Source: Candidatus Levyibacteriota bacterium
GTDB lineage: Bacteria > Patescibacteriota > Microgenomatia > Levybacterales > UBA12049
DNA: 64,000 nt
NCBI GenBank assembly: GCA_043807135.1
Contig: JAZDGF010000003.1
Span: 8,516-72,515 of the forward strand
Direction: 5' to 3'
In this document: piece after piece, positions 37,133-46,301 of the stretch
Position numbering within the stretch: position 1 is the first letter of the stretch
How the letters are laid out: every line of letters starts with the position of its first letter
Notes under the pieces: generated by a model
The model's input: the letters and a program-made list of their open reading frames with translations, nothing else
Told to the model about the DNA's origin: nothing
The model's database searches: none
Program-made: the position numbers and the translations under genes

Positions 37133-38884
37133 TTAAAAATCTTCTAAAGTTGAAGTGTCTCCAATAGACAATCCTAGCTCTTTTGCTTTTAAAACTCTTC
37201 TCATAATTTTTCCTGATCTTGTCTTTGGTAGTCTATCTATAAATTCAATTTCTCTTGGATATAAATGGCCAGCTAAATTATTTTTTACAAATGCTTTTAT
37301 TTTTTCTTTTAATTCATTTGATTCTTTAATTCCTGGTTTTAAAACTATAAATGCTTTAATAATCTCTCCTCTTACTTTATCTGGTTTTCCAATTACTCCT
37401 GCTTCAACAATGCTTGGATATTCAACTAAAGCACTTTCAACTTCAAAAGGCCCAACTCTTTCAGCTGCTGTGTTTATAACATCGTCTATTCTTCCAAAAA
37501 ACCAAAAATATCCATCTTTATCTTTATAGGCTCTATCTCCTGAGATATACCAGTCATTAATAAAATAGGAGTTAAATTTCTCTTTGTTTTTCCAAATCTC
37601 TTTCATCAATGAAGGAATCGTATTTTTCCCAAGAGCAAGATTACCTTCTTTTCCATCGGGCAGTTCTTTTCCGTTATCATCAACAATTGCTGCTATTATT
37701 CCTGGGAATGGTTTTCCCATAGATCCTGGCTTTATATCCATTGAGGGATAATTTGATATTGCAATTGCTCCAAGCTCTGTTTGCCACCATGTATCATGAA
37801 ACGGTAATCCAAATACCTCCAGTCCCCACCAGATTGCTTCAGAATTAAGTGGTTCTCCTACACTTGCTAAATACCTTAAGGAGGATAAATTAAAGTCCTT
37901 TGGGTTTACCTGTGAACCCATTAACATTCTTATTGCTGTTGGAGCTGTATACCAAATATTTATTTTGTAATCTTCGATTATTTTGTACCAATTTTCAGGA
38001 GAAAATTTTCCCTCATAAATTACTGAGCTTCCACCAATTCCCAAGACCCCCAAGACGTTATAAGTAACTCCTGTAACCCAGCCCAAATCAGCAGTACACC
38101 AATATATATCATCTTCCTGTACATCTAATACATATTTCGTAGTTAAAATTGCTTGAAGAACATCGTAGTGAGAATGCACAACTCCTTTTGGTTTTCCAGT
38201 AGTTCCAGAGGTATATAAAATGTATGCATAATCTTCTTTTTTTAAATGCTTTATGGAAAAATCTTCTTTTGCTTTTTCCATTTCTTTTTGATAATAAATA
38301 ACGTTTTCTCCTTTAGGTTGGCTAACCGACCCTCTTTCTACAATAATTACTTTTTCAAGTTTTGGTAAATCCTTCCAAATCTTTTTGATTCTTGGGAAAA
38401 GAGTTGCGTTTGTAATAAGCAATTTTGCATCACAGTCTTTAAGTCTATCCAAAAGGGCTATTTCTTGAAAGGCTGGAAATAATGGTCCAGCAATTGCTCC
38501 AATTTTTAAAATTCCAATAAAGGCGATGTGTCGTTCTGGAATGGATGGAAGAAATATAAAGACTCGATCTCCTTTTTTAACATTATTATTTATTAAAACA
38601 TTAGAAAATTTATCAGTAAGCTTTTTTAGCTTGGTATATGTATATTTTTCTTTATCTCCTTTTTCACCTTCAAAATATAAGGCAACCTTGTTTCTTCTTT
38701 CTCCTTTTGCGTATCTGTCAATTAAGTTATACGAGGCATTTAATTTTTTATTTTCAAAAAAATCAATTTCATTTTCATAATTTTTTTCTGAAAACGAATT
38801 GTAAAGATTATCGTAGTTTATTAAATTTGGTTTTTTTGGAAAATTTTCAATTTCCTTGTGGATGATATTAGAATTCTTATTCAC
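37133..38884 (-). CDS. acs: AMP-forming acyl-CoA synthetase (acetyl-CoA synthetase-like)
   Basis: AMP-binding motif YTSGTTGKPKGV, WWQTE, C-terminal PKTRSGKIMRR. Confidence 0.75.
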   Translation of the reverse strand: MNKNSNIIHKEIENFPKKPNLINYDNLYNSFSEKNYENEIDFFENKKLNASYNLIDRYAKGERRNKVALYFEGEKGDKEKYTYTKLKKLTDKFSNVLINNNVKKGDRVFIFLPSIPERHIAFIGILKIGAIAGPLFPAFQEIALLDRLKDCDAKLLITNATLFPRIKKIWKDLPKLEKVIIVERGSVSQPKGENVIYYQKEMEKAKEDFSIKHLKKEDYAYILYTSGTTGKPKGVVHSHYDVLQAILTTKYVLDVQEDDIYWCTADLGWVTGVTYNVLGVLGIGGSSVIYEGKFSPENWYKIIEDYKINIWYTAPTAIRMLMGSQVNPKDFNLSSLRYLASVGEPLNSEAIWWGLEVFGLPFHDTWWQTELGAIAISNYPSMDIKPGSMGKPFPGIIAAIVDDNGKELPDGKEGNLALGKNTIPSLMKEIWKNKEKFNSYFINDWYISGDRAYKDKDGYFWFFGRIDDVINTAAERVGPFEVESALVEYPSIVEAGVIGKPDKVRGEIIKAFIVLKPGIKESNELKEKIKAFVKNNLAGHLYPREIEFIDRLPKTRSGKIMRRVLKAKELGLSIGDTSTLEDF

Positions 38885-38917
38885 AATCTACACTAATTAT
38901 ATAAATTTAGGGCTTAA

Positions 38918-39388
38918 TTAGTCCACTGACATAATTGTGTATAAAATCTTTCCAGCAGGAGCTTCTACCTCAATTTTTTCTCCTACTTTTTTACCAATTA
39001 ATGCTTTTCCCAAAGGAGATTCGTGAGAAATTTTCTTTTCGGTTGGATCTGCTTCCCATTCACCTACAACCATAAAGCTTTCTTTTTTACCTTTTATATT
39101 TACCGTAACTTTTGATCCAAGTTTAACAATGTGGTTTGTGTTTTTAGCATTTTCATTAATCATTACCACTTGTTTTAAAAGTTCTTCCAACTCATCTACT
39201 CTTCCATCAATAAAAGAGAGCTCTTCCCTTGCGGCAATATATTCTGCATTCTCTGAAAGGTCACCCATATTTCTTGCCTGGGAAACTCTTTCTAAGATTT
39301 CAGGTCTTTTTACTTTACTAAGCTCATCATGCTCTTTCTTAAGCTCTCCTAGGCCAGTTTTTGTTAAGTATATTTTTTTTGTATCCAT
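38918..39388 (-). CDS. greA: Transcription elongation factor GreA
   Basis: 156 aa. N-terminal coiled coil KRPEILERVSQARNMGDLSENAEYIAAREE and a C-terminal FKBP-like domain. Confidence 0.85.
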   Translation of the reverse strand: MDTKKIYLTKTGLGELKKEHDELSKVKRPEILERVSQARNMGDLSENAEYIAAREELSFIDGRVDELEELLKQVVMINENAKNTNHIVKLGSKVTVNIKGKKESFMVVGEWEADPTEKKISHESPLGKALIGKKVGEKIEVEAPAGKILYTIMSVD

Positions 39389-39402
39389 ATGTTTTTTAAA
39401 AT

Positions 39403-39435
39403 AAAAACCCTCTCTTGCTTAAGGGGATAGAGGGG
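39403..39435 (-). terminator. Hairpin plus T-run immediately 5' of the greA start codon; terminator of the upstream gene or a regulatory structure
   Basis: Minus-strand RNA: CCCTCT-ATCCCCTTAAGCAAG-AGAGGG-UUUUU, ending ~15 nt before the greA ATG. Confidence 0.5.
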
Positions 39436-39517
39436 GTAATTGTTTTCAATTATCAATTTTATGGAATGATATAGGAATTTCACAGCTTTGTCAATAACCT
39501 CTAGTAGTGCTACTATA

Positions 39518-40504
39518 TCAACTGATAAACTCAAATTTTGAAGCTAAAAGATAGGCTTTTTCTTTTGTTTCTTCATTTACAAATATCTCAACAATTCCCT
39601 CATTTGGCTGTCCATAATAAATGCTAAAACCAAGAGGTGCGGAAAGAATTAAGGGTAATACTGCCAAATCATCTTCTCCCTTTATTAAAATCAAAGTTTT
39701 CTCGTTTTTTTTAAAAGCGCTAATTATTTTTTTAAATAAATCAGCAGTTATATGCCCAGAAGGATTAGTAACGTTTACAATTTTCTCGTTCTTTTTAAAT
39801 CCTAATTCTTTTATATTTTCAAAAGTTTTTTTTCTTCTAACTAAAAAGTCAAAGATGGCAATTTGCGGTTTTGTATTATTTATATTTGCTTTTTTTGTTG
39901 TAATATCCCCTACTGTTGCAAAACCAAACTTGTAATTAAATTTTTCAATATCTTTTAAAAGCCTCCCAAAAGGCCTACTTAATTCAGGACGTAATTTAAC
40001 AGGAAGTAAAAGCTTTCCCTTTAGCCATTTTTTATTAACATATAATTTTCCTTCTCTATTCATTTCTCCATTTCTTATTCTTCTAGAAGAAATTTCACCT
40101 CTGTCTTCTGCAAGGATCATTTTATTAATAATTATTTTAAGTTTTCTTAGTTTTTTTTCTTCTCTTTTTTTGTTAATAATTTCTGCTACTTTCAATCCAG
40201 TTTTTGAGATAAGTAAAGCATCAATGTTTTTTTCTTTAAGTGTTGGCCCAAAAGCATCATTAATTTTAATAAGTTTTGCTCTTTTTAAAAAATTTTTCTC
40301 TTTCAAAAAACAGGTAACTATTTTTTTCCTCTTTTCAAATTCTTCAATCCCTGAAGTCTTTTTACTTTTTACATAATTATTGCTAGTTATCCCAATTAAA
40401 ACTTTTTCTGATAAAAGAAATGCTTTTTTTAAAAAATCTTCATGTCCTTTATGGAAGTAATCAAAAGTTCCGCCAATTGCAATCATTTTTAATTTTTTAT
40501 TCAT
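39518..40504 (-). CDS. Fusion of an archaeal-type phosphopantetheine adenylyltransferase-like cytidylyltransferase domain and a DUF359 (archaeal GTP-dependent dephospho-CoA kinase-like) domain
   Basis: N-terminus MIAIGGTFDYFHKGHEDFL (HxGH nucleotidyltransferase). C-terminal ~170 aa with ATVGDITT and KGEDDLAVLP are DUF359-like. Confidence 0.5.
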   Translation of the reverse strand: MNKKLKMIAIGGTFDYFHKGHEDFLKKAFLLSEKVLIGITSNNYVKSKKTSGIEEFEKRKKIVTCFLKEKNFLKRAKLIKINDAFGPTLKEKNIDALLISKTGLKVAEIINKKREEKKLRKLKIIINKMILAEDRGEISSRRIRNGEMNREGKLYVNKKWLKGKLLLPVKLRPELSRPFGRLLKDIEKFNYKFGFATVGDITTKKANINNTKPQIAIFDFLVRRKKTFENIKELGFKKNEKIVNVTNPSGHITADLFKKIISAFKKNEKTLILIKGEDDLAVLPLILSAPLGFSIYYGQPNEGIVEIFVNEETKEKAYLLASKFEFIS

Positions 40505-41357
40505 ATTTTTTTATTTTTTTATTAAATTTATTAAGAATTTTACTTCTATAGTCAACTGCATGAAATGCCAAAAAATCTTTAGTAACAGTTTCAATTGTAA
40601 TATTTTTTTTCATAAATGAGTATTGTGCTTTTCTTGCAATAGGTTCTAAAAGTCTAAGCATGTTAATTTGCCACATTTTTATGTTTCTTTTTGGAACTTC
40701 TATTTTTTTCTTGCTTAAAAGCGCATTTGGTAAAAATTTTTTAATCCAACTATTTTTTCTTAAAAACTTAGTATATGTTTTATTTCGCTCAAAAATAGGA
40801 AGCATTTGAACAGCTTCATGTGCAGAGTATAAATCTTGCTTATTTTTTTCCAAAGATAATTTATTCTCACCTATAATCATATTTAAGCAAATCTTATCCT
40901 TAACATCTTTTTCTGCTCTTTTTCTATAAACTCCCAAAGTTTTTAATAAAAGTATTGCAAAAAGTCTTGTGATCCAAATTGTGTTTTTTGAAGTAATAAT
41001 GAAAATATCTATATCTTCTTTTCTTCTTGAACTTAAGAGAGCAAGAGATCCAGTAATGCCTATAAAATAAACTGATGGAATAAATGAAATAAGTTTTGCA
41101 ATTTTTCTTGCTTTTTTAATTTTTATTAAACTTTCTTTATTCCTTTTTTCTCTTTCTTTTATATTCTTACTTTTCCCTTTAAGAAAATAGAAATTGTTTT
41201 TACTTACAATTCTTTTTTCATTAAAGCTTAATAGAAAATCTTTCTTACTTATTTTTTTATTTGAAATTAAGTAAATCCAAATTTCCTCTTTTTTTAGGGG
41301 AAAATCAAAAATATCGCTATATACTAAGGTTTTTAAAACCGGATTTTTACTGTCCAT
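40497..41357 (-). CDS. Nucleotidyltransferase-fold protein with an N-terminal wHTH-like region; function unknown
   Basis: GITGSLALLSSRRKEDIDIFIIT matches the pol-beta superfamily GS-x(n)-[DE]h[DE]h motif. Overlaps upstream and downstream genes. Confidence 0.45.
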   Translation of the reverse strand: MDSKNPVLKTLVYSDIFDFPLKKEEIWIYLISNKKISKKDFLLSFNEKRIVSKNNFYFLKGKSKNIKEREKRNKESLIKIKKARKIAKLISFIPSVYFIGITGSLALLSSRRKEDIDIFIITSKNTIWITRLFAILLLKTLGVYRKRAEKDVKDKICLNMIIGENKLSLEKNKQDLYSAHEAVQMLPIFERNKTYTKFLRKNSWIKKFLPNALLSKKKIEVPKRNIKMWQINMLRLLEPIARKAQYSFMKKNITIETVTKDFLAFHAVDYRSKILNKFNKKIKKYE

Positions 41358-42843
41358 AATCCTTTAGAACCTGAGACTCTCCTTGAATAAGAGTCTGGAC
41401 AGCTGTTTCAGAAGATGTATTTTCAAGAATTGAGCCAATTGCATTTTCTAAATATTTGTTTAGTTTTGAATTTATTCCATTATCATATGTTTCACCAATA
41501 AAATACGAAGATGTGGCGTTTTTTGCTTGAGCTATAAACGGATAAATATTTGGATTATCTTTTAATTTATCTCCAAGCTCCATTCTTGCGTAAGGTTCTC
41601 CAAATTCCCTTGTTTTTGATGCTTCTGTATATATTTTTTCAGAAGATTCTTTGCTGGTTAAAAACTTTAGGAATAATAAAGCTTCTTTTTGATATTTACT
41701 TTTGGAAGAAACTCCTTCAACCCAATAACTTGCAATTGTTTTATTTTGATCAGGAAGCTGAGGAACTGACACGATTTTAAAATCAAGATCTTTATTAATT
41801 GCTTTTATCGTAAAATAATCCCAGGAGTAACCAAAATACATTCCCAAATTTCCTTTTGCAAAAGCAAGAATAGATGAATCTTGTGTATCATCCCATACAT
41901 TTCCTTCATCTAATGAAAATATTGTGTAGAAATCTAAAGCTTCTGCTGCTTTTTTTGGATTTTCCGAAAGATTTGTTATATCTAAACCGCTTTGAACAAA
42001 AAGCAGAGAAATAATATCCGGCGCATGCATTATGTTTGAATATGTTCCCATAGCAGCACCCGCCGTCTTTATTTTTTCATTTTCATCTTTTACGGTTATT
42101 GCTCTTGCGTGACTCATAAATTCTTCCCAATTTATTGGCGGATTAAACCCTGCTGCTTGAAAAATTTCGCTATTAATATACAAAGAAAGAACGTCAATTT
42201 CCAATGGTATTCCATAAATTGCACCTTTTTTAATTAAATCTTTTTGTACAACCGGATAAAAGGAGTTTTTAAACTCATTGGCATCGATTATGTCGCTTGG
42301 GATGGGAAGCAAGAATGAAGAGATCATTGGAACCCAGGTATTATGAAATCTAAAAATATCAGGACCATTACCATTCTTTACTCTTGTATCAAGTCTTTCT
42401 CTATATTCTTTTATATCTTGCTTTACATAGTTTACAGTTATATTTGGATTTTTCTTTTGAAAATCATCAATCACGGGCTGTATTACTCGCTTATCTTCCC
42501 ATAGACCCCAATAAGTTAATGTTACTTTTTCGTTTTTATTACCTGTAAATCTTGGAATTACAAAAGTAATTATTAAAAAAGCAATTATCGCTATTACTAC
42601 TAACCCTAGAAATATTTTCCCAATTTTTTTAAAAGGTGACAACTTTCTTTCTTGAAAATTTTCACTTTCTGAAGGAGGTAAAGGTGGAGATGAAGCTCCA
42701 TCTGTCTGAGCAAGAGGTTTAGTATCCTGAGGAGAAATTGGCTGTGCTTGCAAAGGTGACTGACTCACTGATTGTGCCAGAGGAACTTGTTGGGTTTGTT
42801 GAGCTTGATTTTGTGTTTGTCCGAAAATAGAACTTTCTTCCAT
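41347..42843 (-). CDS. Orphan extracellular solute-binding protein (family 1, sugar-type) with a long Q/P/S-rich cytoplasmic N-tail and a TM anchor
   Basis: ~75 aa low-complexity N-terminus, then TM IFLGLVVIAIIAFLIITFVI, then SBP_bac_1-like body (TLTYWGLW...YGIPLEIDVLSLYIN). No ABC permease or ATPase adjacent. Confidence 0.65.
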   Translation of the reverse strand: MEESSIFGQTQNQAQQTQQVPLAQSVSQSPLQAQPISPQDTKPLAQTDGASSPPLPPSESENFQERKLSPFKKIGKIFLGLVVIAIIAFLIITFVIPRFTGNKNEKVTLTYWGLWEDKRVIQPVIDDFQKKNPNITVNYVKQDIKEYRERLDTRVKNGNGPDIFRFHNTWVPMISSFLLPIPSDIIDANEFKNSFYPVVQKDLIKKGAIYGIPLEIDVLSLYINSEIFQAAGFNPPINWEEFMSHARAITVKDENEKIKTAGAAMGTYSNIMHAPDIISLLFVQSGLDITNLSENPKKAAEALDFYTIFSLDEGNVWDDTQDSSILAFAKGNLGMYFGYSWDYFTIKAINKDLDFKIVSVPQLPDQNKTIASYWVEGVSSKSKYQKEALLFLKFLTSKESSEKIYTEASKTREFGEPYARMELGDKLKDNPNIYPFIAQAKNATSSYFIGETYDNGINSKLNKYLENAIGSILENTSSETAVQTLIQGESQVLKDYGQ

Positions 42844-42878
42844 ATATATAGTATAATACCATGTGGGAATAGGCGCAA

Positions 42879-44303
42879 ATGAAAAAATTTTTAAAGCAAG
42901 TAAAAAAAAAGCATTTTTTTAGAGCCTTTAGGGTTGTTTTCTGGTTCTCCGTTGGAGCTTTTTTAGGCTTATTTCTTATTACAAACCTTGGTTTTTTTGT
43001 TTTTCAAAGAATTTATTACGATAAAATATATCCTGGAATCATAATTAATGGTGTAAATTTTGGAGGAAAAACTACTTTAGATATAGAAGCTTATTTTGAG
43101 AAGAAAAATAGCTTTACTGAAAACACCTCACTTGTTTTTACTAGCGATTACGGAATAGCTACTGTTTCTGCTAAGGCAATTGACTTTGGATACAACGGTA
43201 CTCTTCTTGCATCTCAAGCATATACCCTAGGAAGATCAAAAAATACCCTTTCAAACGTTGGTCTTATTTTTCAATCTTATTTAAACGGTATTTATCTTTC
43301 TAATTCATATACTTATTCTGAAGATAAGCTTAGAAAAATTTTAGAGCCAATTAGTGCAATTATTGATAAAGAGCCTAAAGATGCTTTGTTTAAATTTGAA
43401 AGCGGCAGAGTTACTACTTTCAGCCCCTCAGAAAACGGGCAAGTTTTAGATTTTGAAGAGCTAAATCGCATTGTTTCTTCAAAAACAATTTCCATTATTT
43501 CATCAGAAAAACCTAAAACTATTGTTATTCAGATCCCAATAATGACAATTGAACCTGAAATCAGCACGGATAAAGTAAATAATTTAGGAATTAAAGAGCA
43601 AATAGGATCAGGAACCTCTCTTTTTCAACACTCAATTCCAGGAAGAATTTTTAATGTAACTCTTGCAGCAGCACGAATGAATGGGGTTTTAATTGCCCCT
43701 GGAGAGACTTTTTCTTTTAATAAGGTGCTTGGTGATGTTTCTTCTTTTACGGGCTACAAACAGGCATACGTTATAAAGGATGGAAGAACTGTTTTAGGAG
43801 ACGGAGGAGGAGTTTGCCAGGTCTCCACAACACTTTTTAGAGCCATTCTTGATTCGGGAATGCCAATCCTAGAAAGACATGCTCATGCTTACAGAGTAGA
43901 ATATTATGAGCAAGATTCTCCACCGGGAATTGACGCAACAGTTTATAGCCCGTCGCCTGATCTTAAATTTAAAAATGACTCAGAAAATTATATTCTTATT
44001 CAAAGCTTTGTAGATCCTAATGTTTTAAGACTTACTTTTGTTTTATATGGAACTAAAGACGGACGAGAGGTAATTATGACTAAGCCCGTAGTCACCAATC
44101 AAACACCACCTCCCCCACCTCTTTATCAAGATGACCCAACTCTTCCCAAGGGAGTAGTAAAACAAGTTGACTTTTCTGCCTGGGGAGCAAGAGTCTATTT
44201 TACAAGAACAGTTACAAAGAACGGGAAGGAAATAATCGCAGACAAGTTTATCTCTAATTTCAGAGCTTGGCAAAGTGTTTATTTAAAAGGAACAAAGGAA
44301 TAA
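42879..44303 (+). CDS. VanW family protein with an N-terminal TM and a Pro-rich C-terminus
   Basis: TM FRVVFWFSVGAFLGLFLIT. VanW core GGGVCQVSTTLFRAIL. QTPPPPPLYQDDPTLP near the C-terminus. Confidence 0.65.
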   Translation: MKKFLKQVKKKHFFRAFRVVFWFSVGAFLGLFLITNLGFFVFQRIYYDKIYPGIIINGVNFGGKTTLDIEAYFEKKNSFTENTSLVFTSDYGIATVSAKAIDFGYNGTLLASQAYTLGRSKNTLSNVGLIFQSYLNGIYLSNSYTYSEDKLRKILEPISAIIDKEPKDALFKFESGRVTTFSPSENGQVLDFEELNRIVSSKTISIISSEKPKTIVIQIPIMTIEPEISTDKVNNLGIKEQIGSGTSLFQHSIPGRIFNVTLAAARMNGVLIAPGETFSFNKVLGDVSSFTGYKQAYVIKDGRTVLGDGGGVCQVSTTLFRAILDSGMPILERHAHAYRVEYYEQDSPPGIDATVYSPSPDLKFKNDSENYILIQSFVDPNVLRLTFVLYGTKDGREVIMTKPVVTNQTPPPPPLYQDDPTLPKGVVKQVDFSAWGARVYFTRTVTKNGKEIIADKFISNFRAWQSVYLKGTKE

Positions 44304-44786
44304 ATGGGCAGGATAGTAAACGAAAATCAAATAGGGAAAATAGCAGAAAAATTAAGACTGAGGGGGGAAAAAATTGTTGTAACAGGCGGATGCTTTGACA
44401 TAATCCACCTCGGTCACGTAAAACTTCTTAAAAAATCAAAACAAAAAGGAGATATTCTAATTGTGCTCCTTGAAGGAGATAAATCTGTTAAAAAACTTAA
44501 AGGGAAAAACAGACCCGTAAATAAACAAAGCGAACGCGCAGAAATTCTCTCTTCCTTTTCGTTTGTTGATTTTGTTGTAAAGCTTAAAAAACTTGCATCT
44601 GATAAAGAATATGATAAACTTGTATCTTGCATAGGACCGCACGTAATAGCTGCCACAGAAGGTGACTCTGGCATAAGACACAAAAAAAGACAAGCAAAAT
44701 TAACTGGCGCAAAAATAGTTTTTGTTGTTAAAAAAATTAACAACAAATCAACTACTCGCCTTACGAAGTTAGGATACTTAATATGA
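44304..44786 (+). CDS. Cytidylyltransferase-fold adenylyltransferase (RfaE domain II / RibL-like)
   Basis: VVTGGCFDIIHLGHVKLLKKSKQKGDILIVLLEGDKSVKKLKGKNRPVNKQSERAEILSSFSFVDFVV parallels heptose-1-phosphate adenylyltransferase domain II. Confidence 0.55.
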   Translation: MGRIVNENQIGKIAEKLRLRGEKIVVTGGCFDIIHLGHVKLLKKSKQKGDILIVLLEGDKSVKKLKGKNRPVNKQSERAEILSSFSFVDFVVKLKKLASDKEYDKLVSCIGPHVIAATEGDSGIRHKKRQAKLTGAKIVFVVKKINNKSTTRLTKLGYLI

Positions 44787-45265
44787 GTTTTTTTAGAAAA
44801 TTTTTAACAGGGTTAATAATTATAGCTGTAATAGTAATTATTTCATTTATTGTTTCACGAGTATTTTTTGGAAACTTCCCATTTGAAAAACAGGGAACTG
44901 CAACAATTGAAAAACAGGTTTTTAATGTAACTGTTGCAAAGTCTGCTAAAGAAAAAGAGATAGGTTTATCGGGCAAAAAAAACTTACCAGAAAATCAAGG
45001 AATGTTATTTACGTTTGATAAAGAAGGTTATTATGGTTTCTGGATGAAAAATATGCTGTTTCCAATTGATATTATTTACATAAAAAAAGGAAAAATTATT
45101 ACCATTTTTGAAAATGTTAAACCGCCAAAAGACACAAAAGGACAACTACTTGTTTACCAACCAAGTCAACCTGCTGATACGATTTTAGAAATTAATGCAG
45201 GGCTTGTTAAAAAGTATAAAATTAAAGTTGGAAATGAAGTAAAGTATGAAAATATTGGCAATTGA
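44783..45265 (+). CDS. DUF192 domain membrane-anchored protein
   Basis: N-terminal TM. GLSGKKNLPENQGMLFTFDKEGYYGFWMKNMLFPIDIIYI matches the DUF192 core. Confidence 0.55.
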   Translation: MSFFRKFLTGLIIIAVIVIISFIVSRVFFGNFPFEKQGTATIEKQVFNVTVAKSAKEKEIGLSGKKNLPENQGMLFTFDKEGYYGFWMKNMLFPIDIIYIKKGKIITIFENVKPPKDTKGQLLVYQPSQPADTILEINAGLVKKYKIKVGNEVKYENIGN

Positions 45266-46286
45266 AACCTCTTGTGATGAAACAGCCGCAGCAATTATTG
45301 AAGGAAATTCTAGCAAGAATAAAGTAAAAATTCTATCAAATATTGTTTTGTCTTCTTTAAAACTTCACGCAAAAACCGGAGGAATTATTCCAGAAACAGC
45401 CGCAAGAGAACAGATAAAATATATTTTACCTGTAATTGAAAATGCTTTTAAAAAAGCAAAAATATCCATTAGTAAAAATAGCGCTCCTGATATTGATGCA
45501 ATTTCCGTAACAATAGGACCGGGACTAATTGGTTCTCTTTTAATCGGAGTAGAAACTGCAAAAACCTTAGCTTTTGTCTGGAAAAAACCAATAATTCCAG
45601 TTAATCATTTGTACGGACACATTTATGCTAATTTTATTAAACAAGCTAAAAGTAAAAATATTGAATTCCCCGCTATTGTTTTAGTTGTTTCTGGAGGACA
45701 TACAGATCTTCTTCTAATGAAAGGGCACGCTAACATTAAGTGGCTTGGAGGAACCAGAGATGATGCAGCAGGAGAAGCTTTTGATAAAACAGGTAGACTT
45801 CTAAATTTAGCTTATCCGGGAGGACCAAGTATAGAAAAAGTAGCAAAAAAAGGAAACGGCAAAGCTTATAACTTTCCAAGGCCTTTAATTAACTCTTCTG
45901 ATTTTGACTTTAGCTTTAGCGGTCTTAAGACTGCAGTTCTAAGAGAAGTTAAAAAGATTAAACGGCTAGATAATAAAAAAGTTGCGGATTTATCAGCATC
46001 TGTTCAAGATGCAATTATTGATGTTTTAATAAAGAAAACGCTTAAGGCTACGAATAAAAATCACGCAAAATCAATTCTTATTTCAGGAGGAGTTTCTGCA
46101 AATGAAAAGCTTGTTGATCAATTTAAACTAGCGATTAAAAAAAACAAGTTAAGTATTTCATTTTTTGTTCCAGAAAAATGGCTATGCACCGATAATGCTG
46201 CTATGATTGGAGCTGCTGCTTTTTTCAAAGGGAAGAAAATACCCTGGCAGGATATTGAAGTTAACCCCGAACTTTATTTTAATTAG
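45246..46286 (+). CDS. tsaD: tRNA N6-adenosine threonylcarbamoyltransferase TsaD
   Basis: MKILAIETSCDETAAAII...HLYGHIYAN...VSGGHT...ISGGVSAN. Kae1/TsaD metal-binding motifs. Confidence 0.85.
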   Translation: MKILAIETSCDETAAAIIEGNSSKNKVKILSNIVLSSLKLHAKTGGIIPETAAREQIKYILPVIENAFKKAKISISKNSAPDIDAISVTIGPGLIGSLLIGVETAKTLAFVWKKPIIPVNHLYGHIYANFIKQAKSKNIEFPAIVLVVSGGHTDLLLMKGHANIKWLGGTRDDAAGEAFDKTGRLLNLAYPGGPSIEKVAKKGNGKAYNFPRPLINSSDFDFSFSGLKTAVLREVKKIKRLDNKKVADLSASVQDAIIDVLIKKTLKATNKNHAKSILISGGVSANEKLVDQFKLAIKKNKLSISFFVPEKWLCTDNAAMIGAAAFFKGKKIPWQDIEVNPELYFN

Positions 46287-46301
46287 TGCTAAAATAAAAG
46301 A

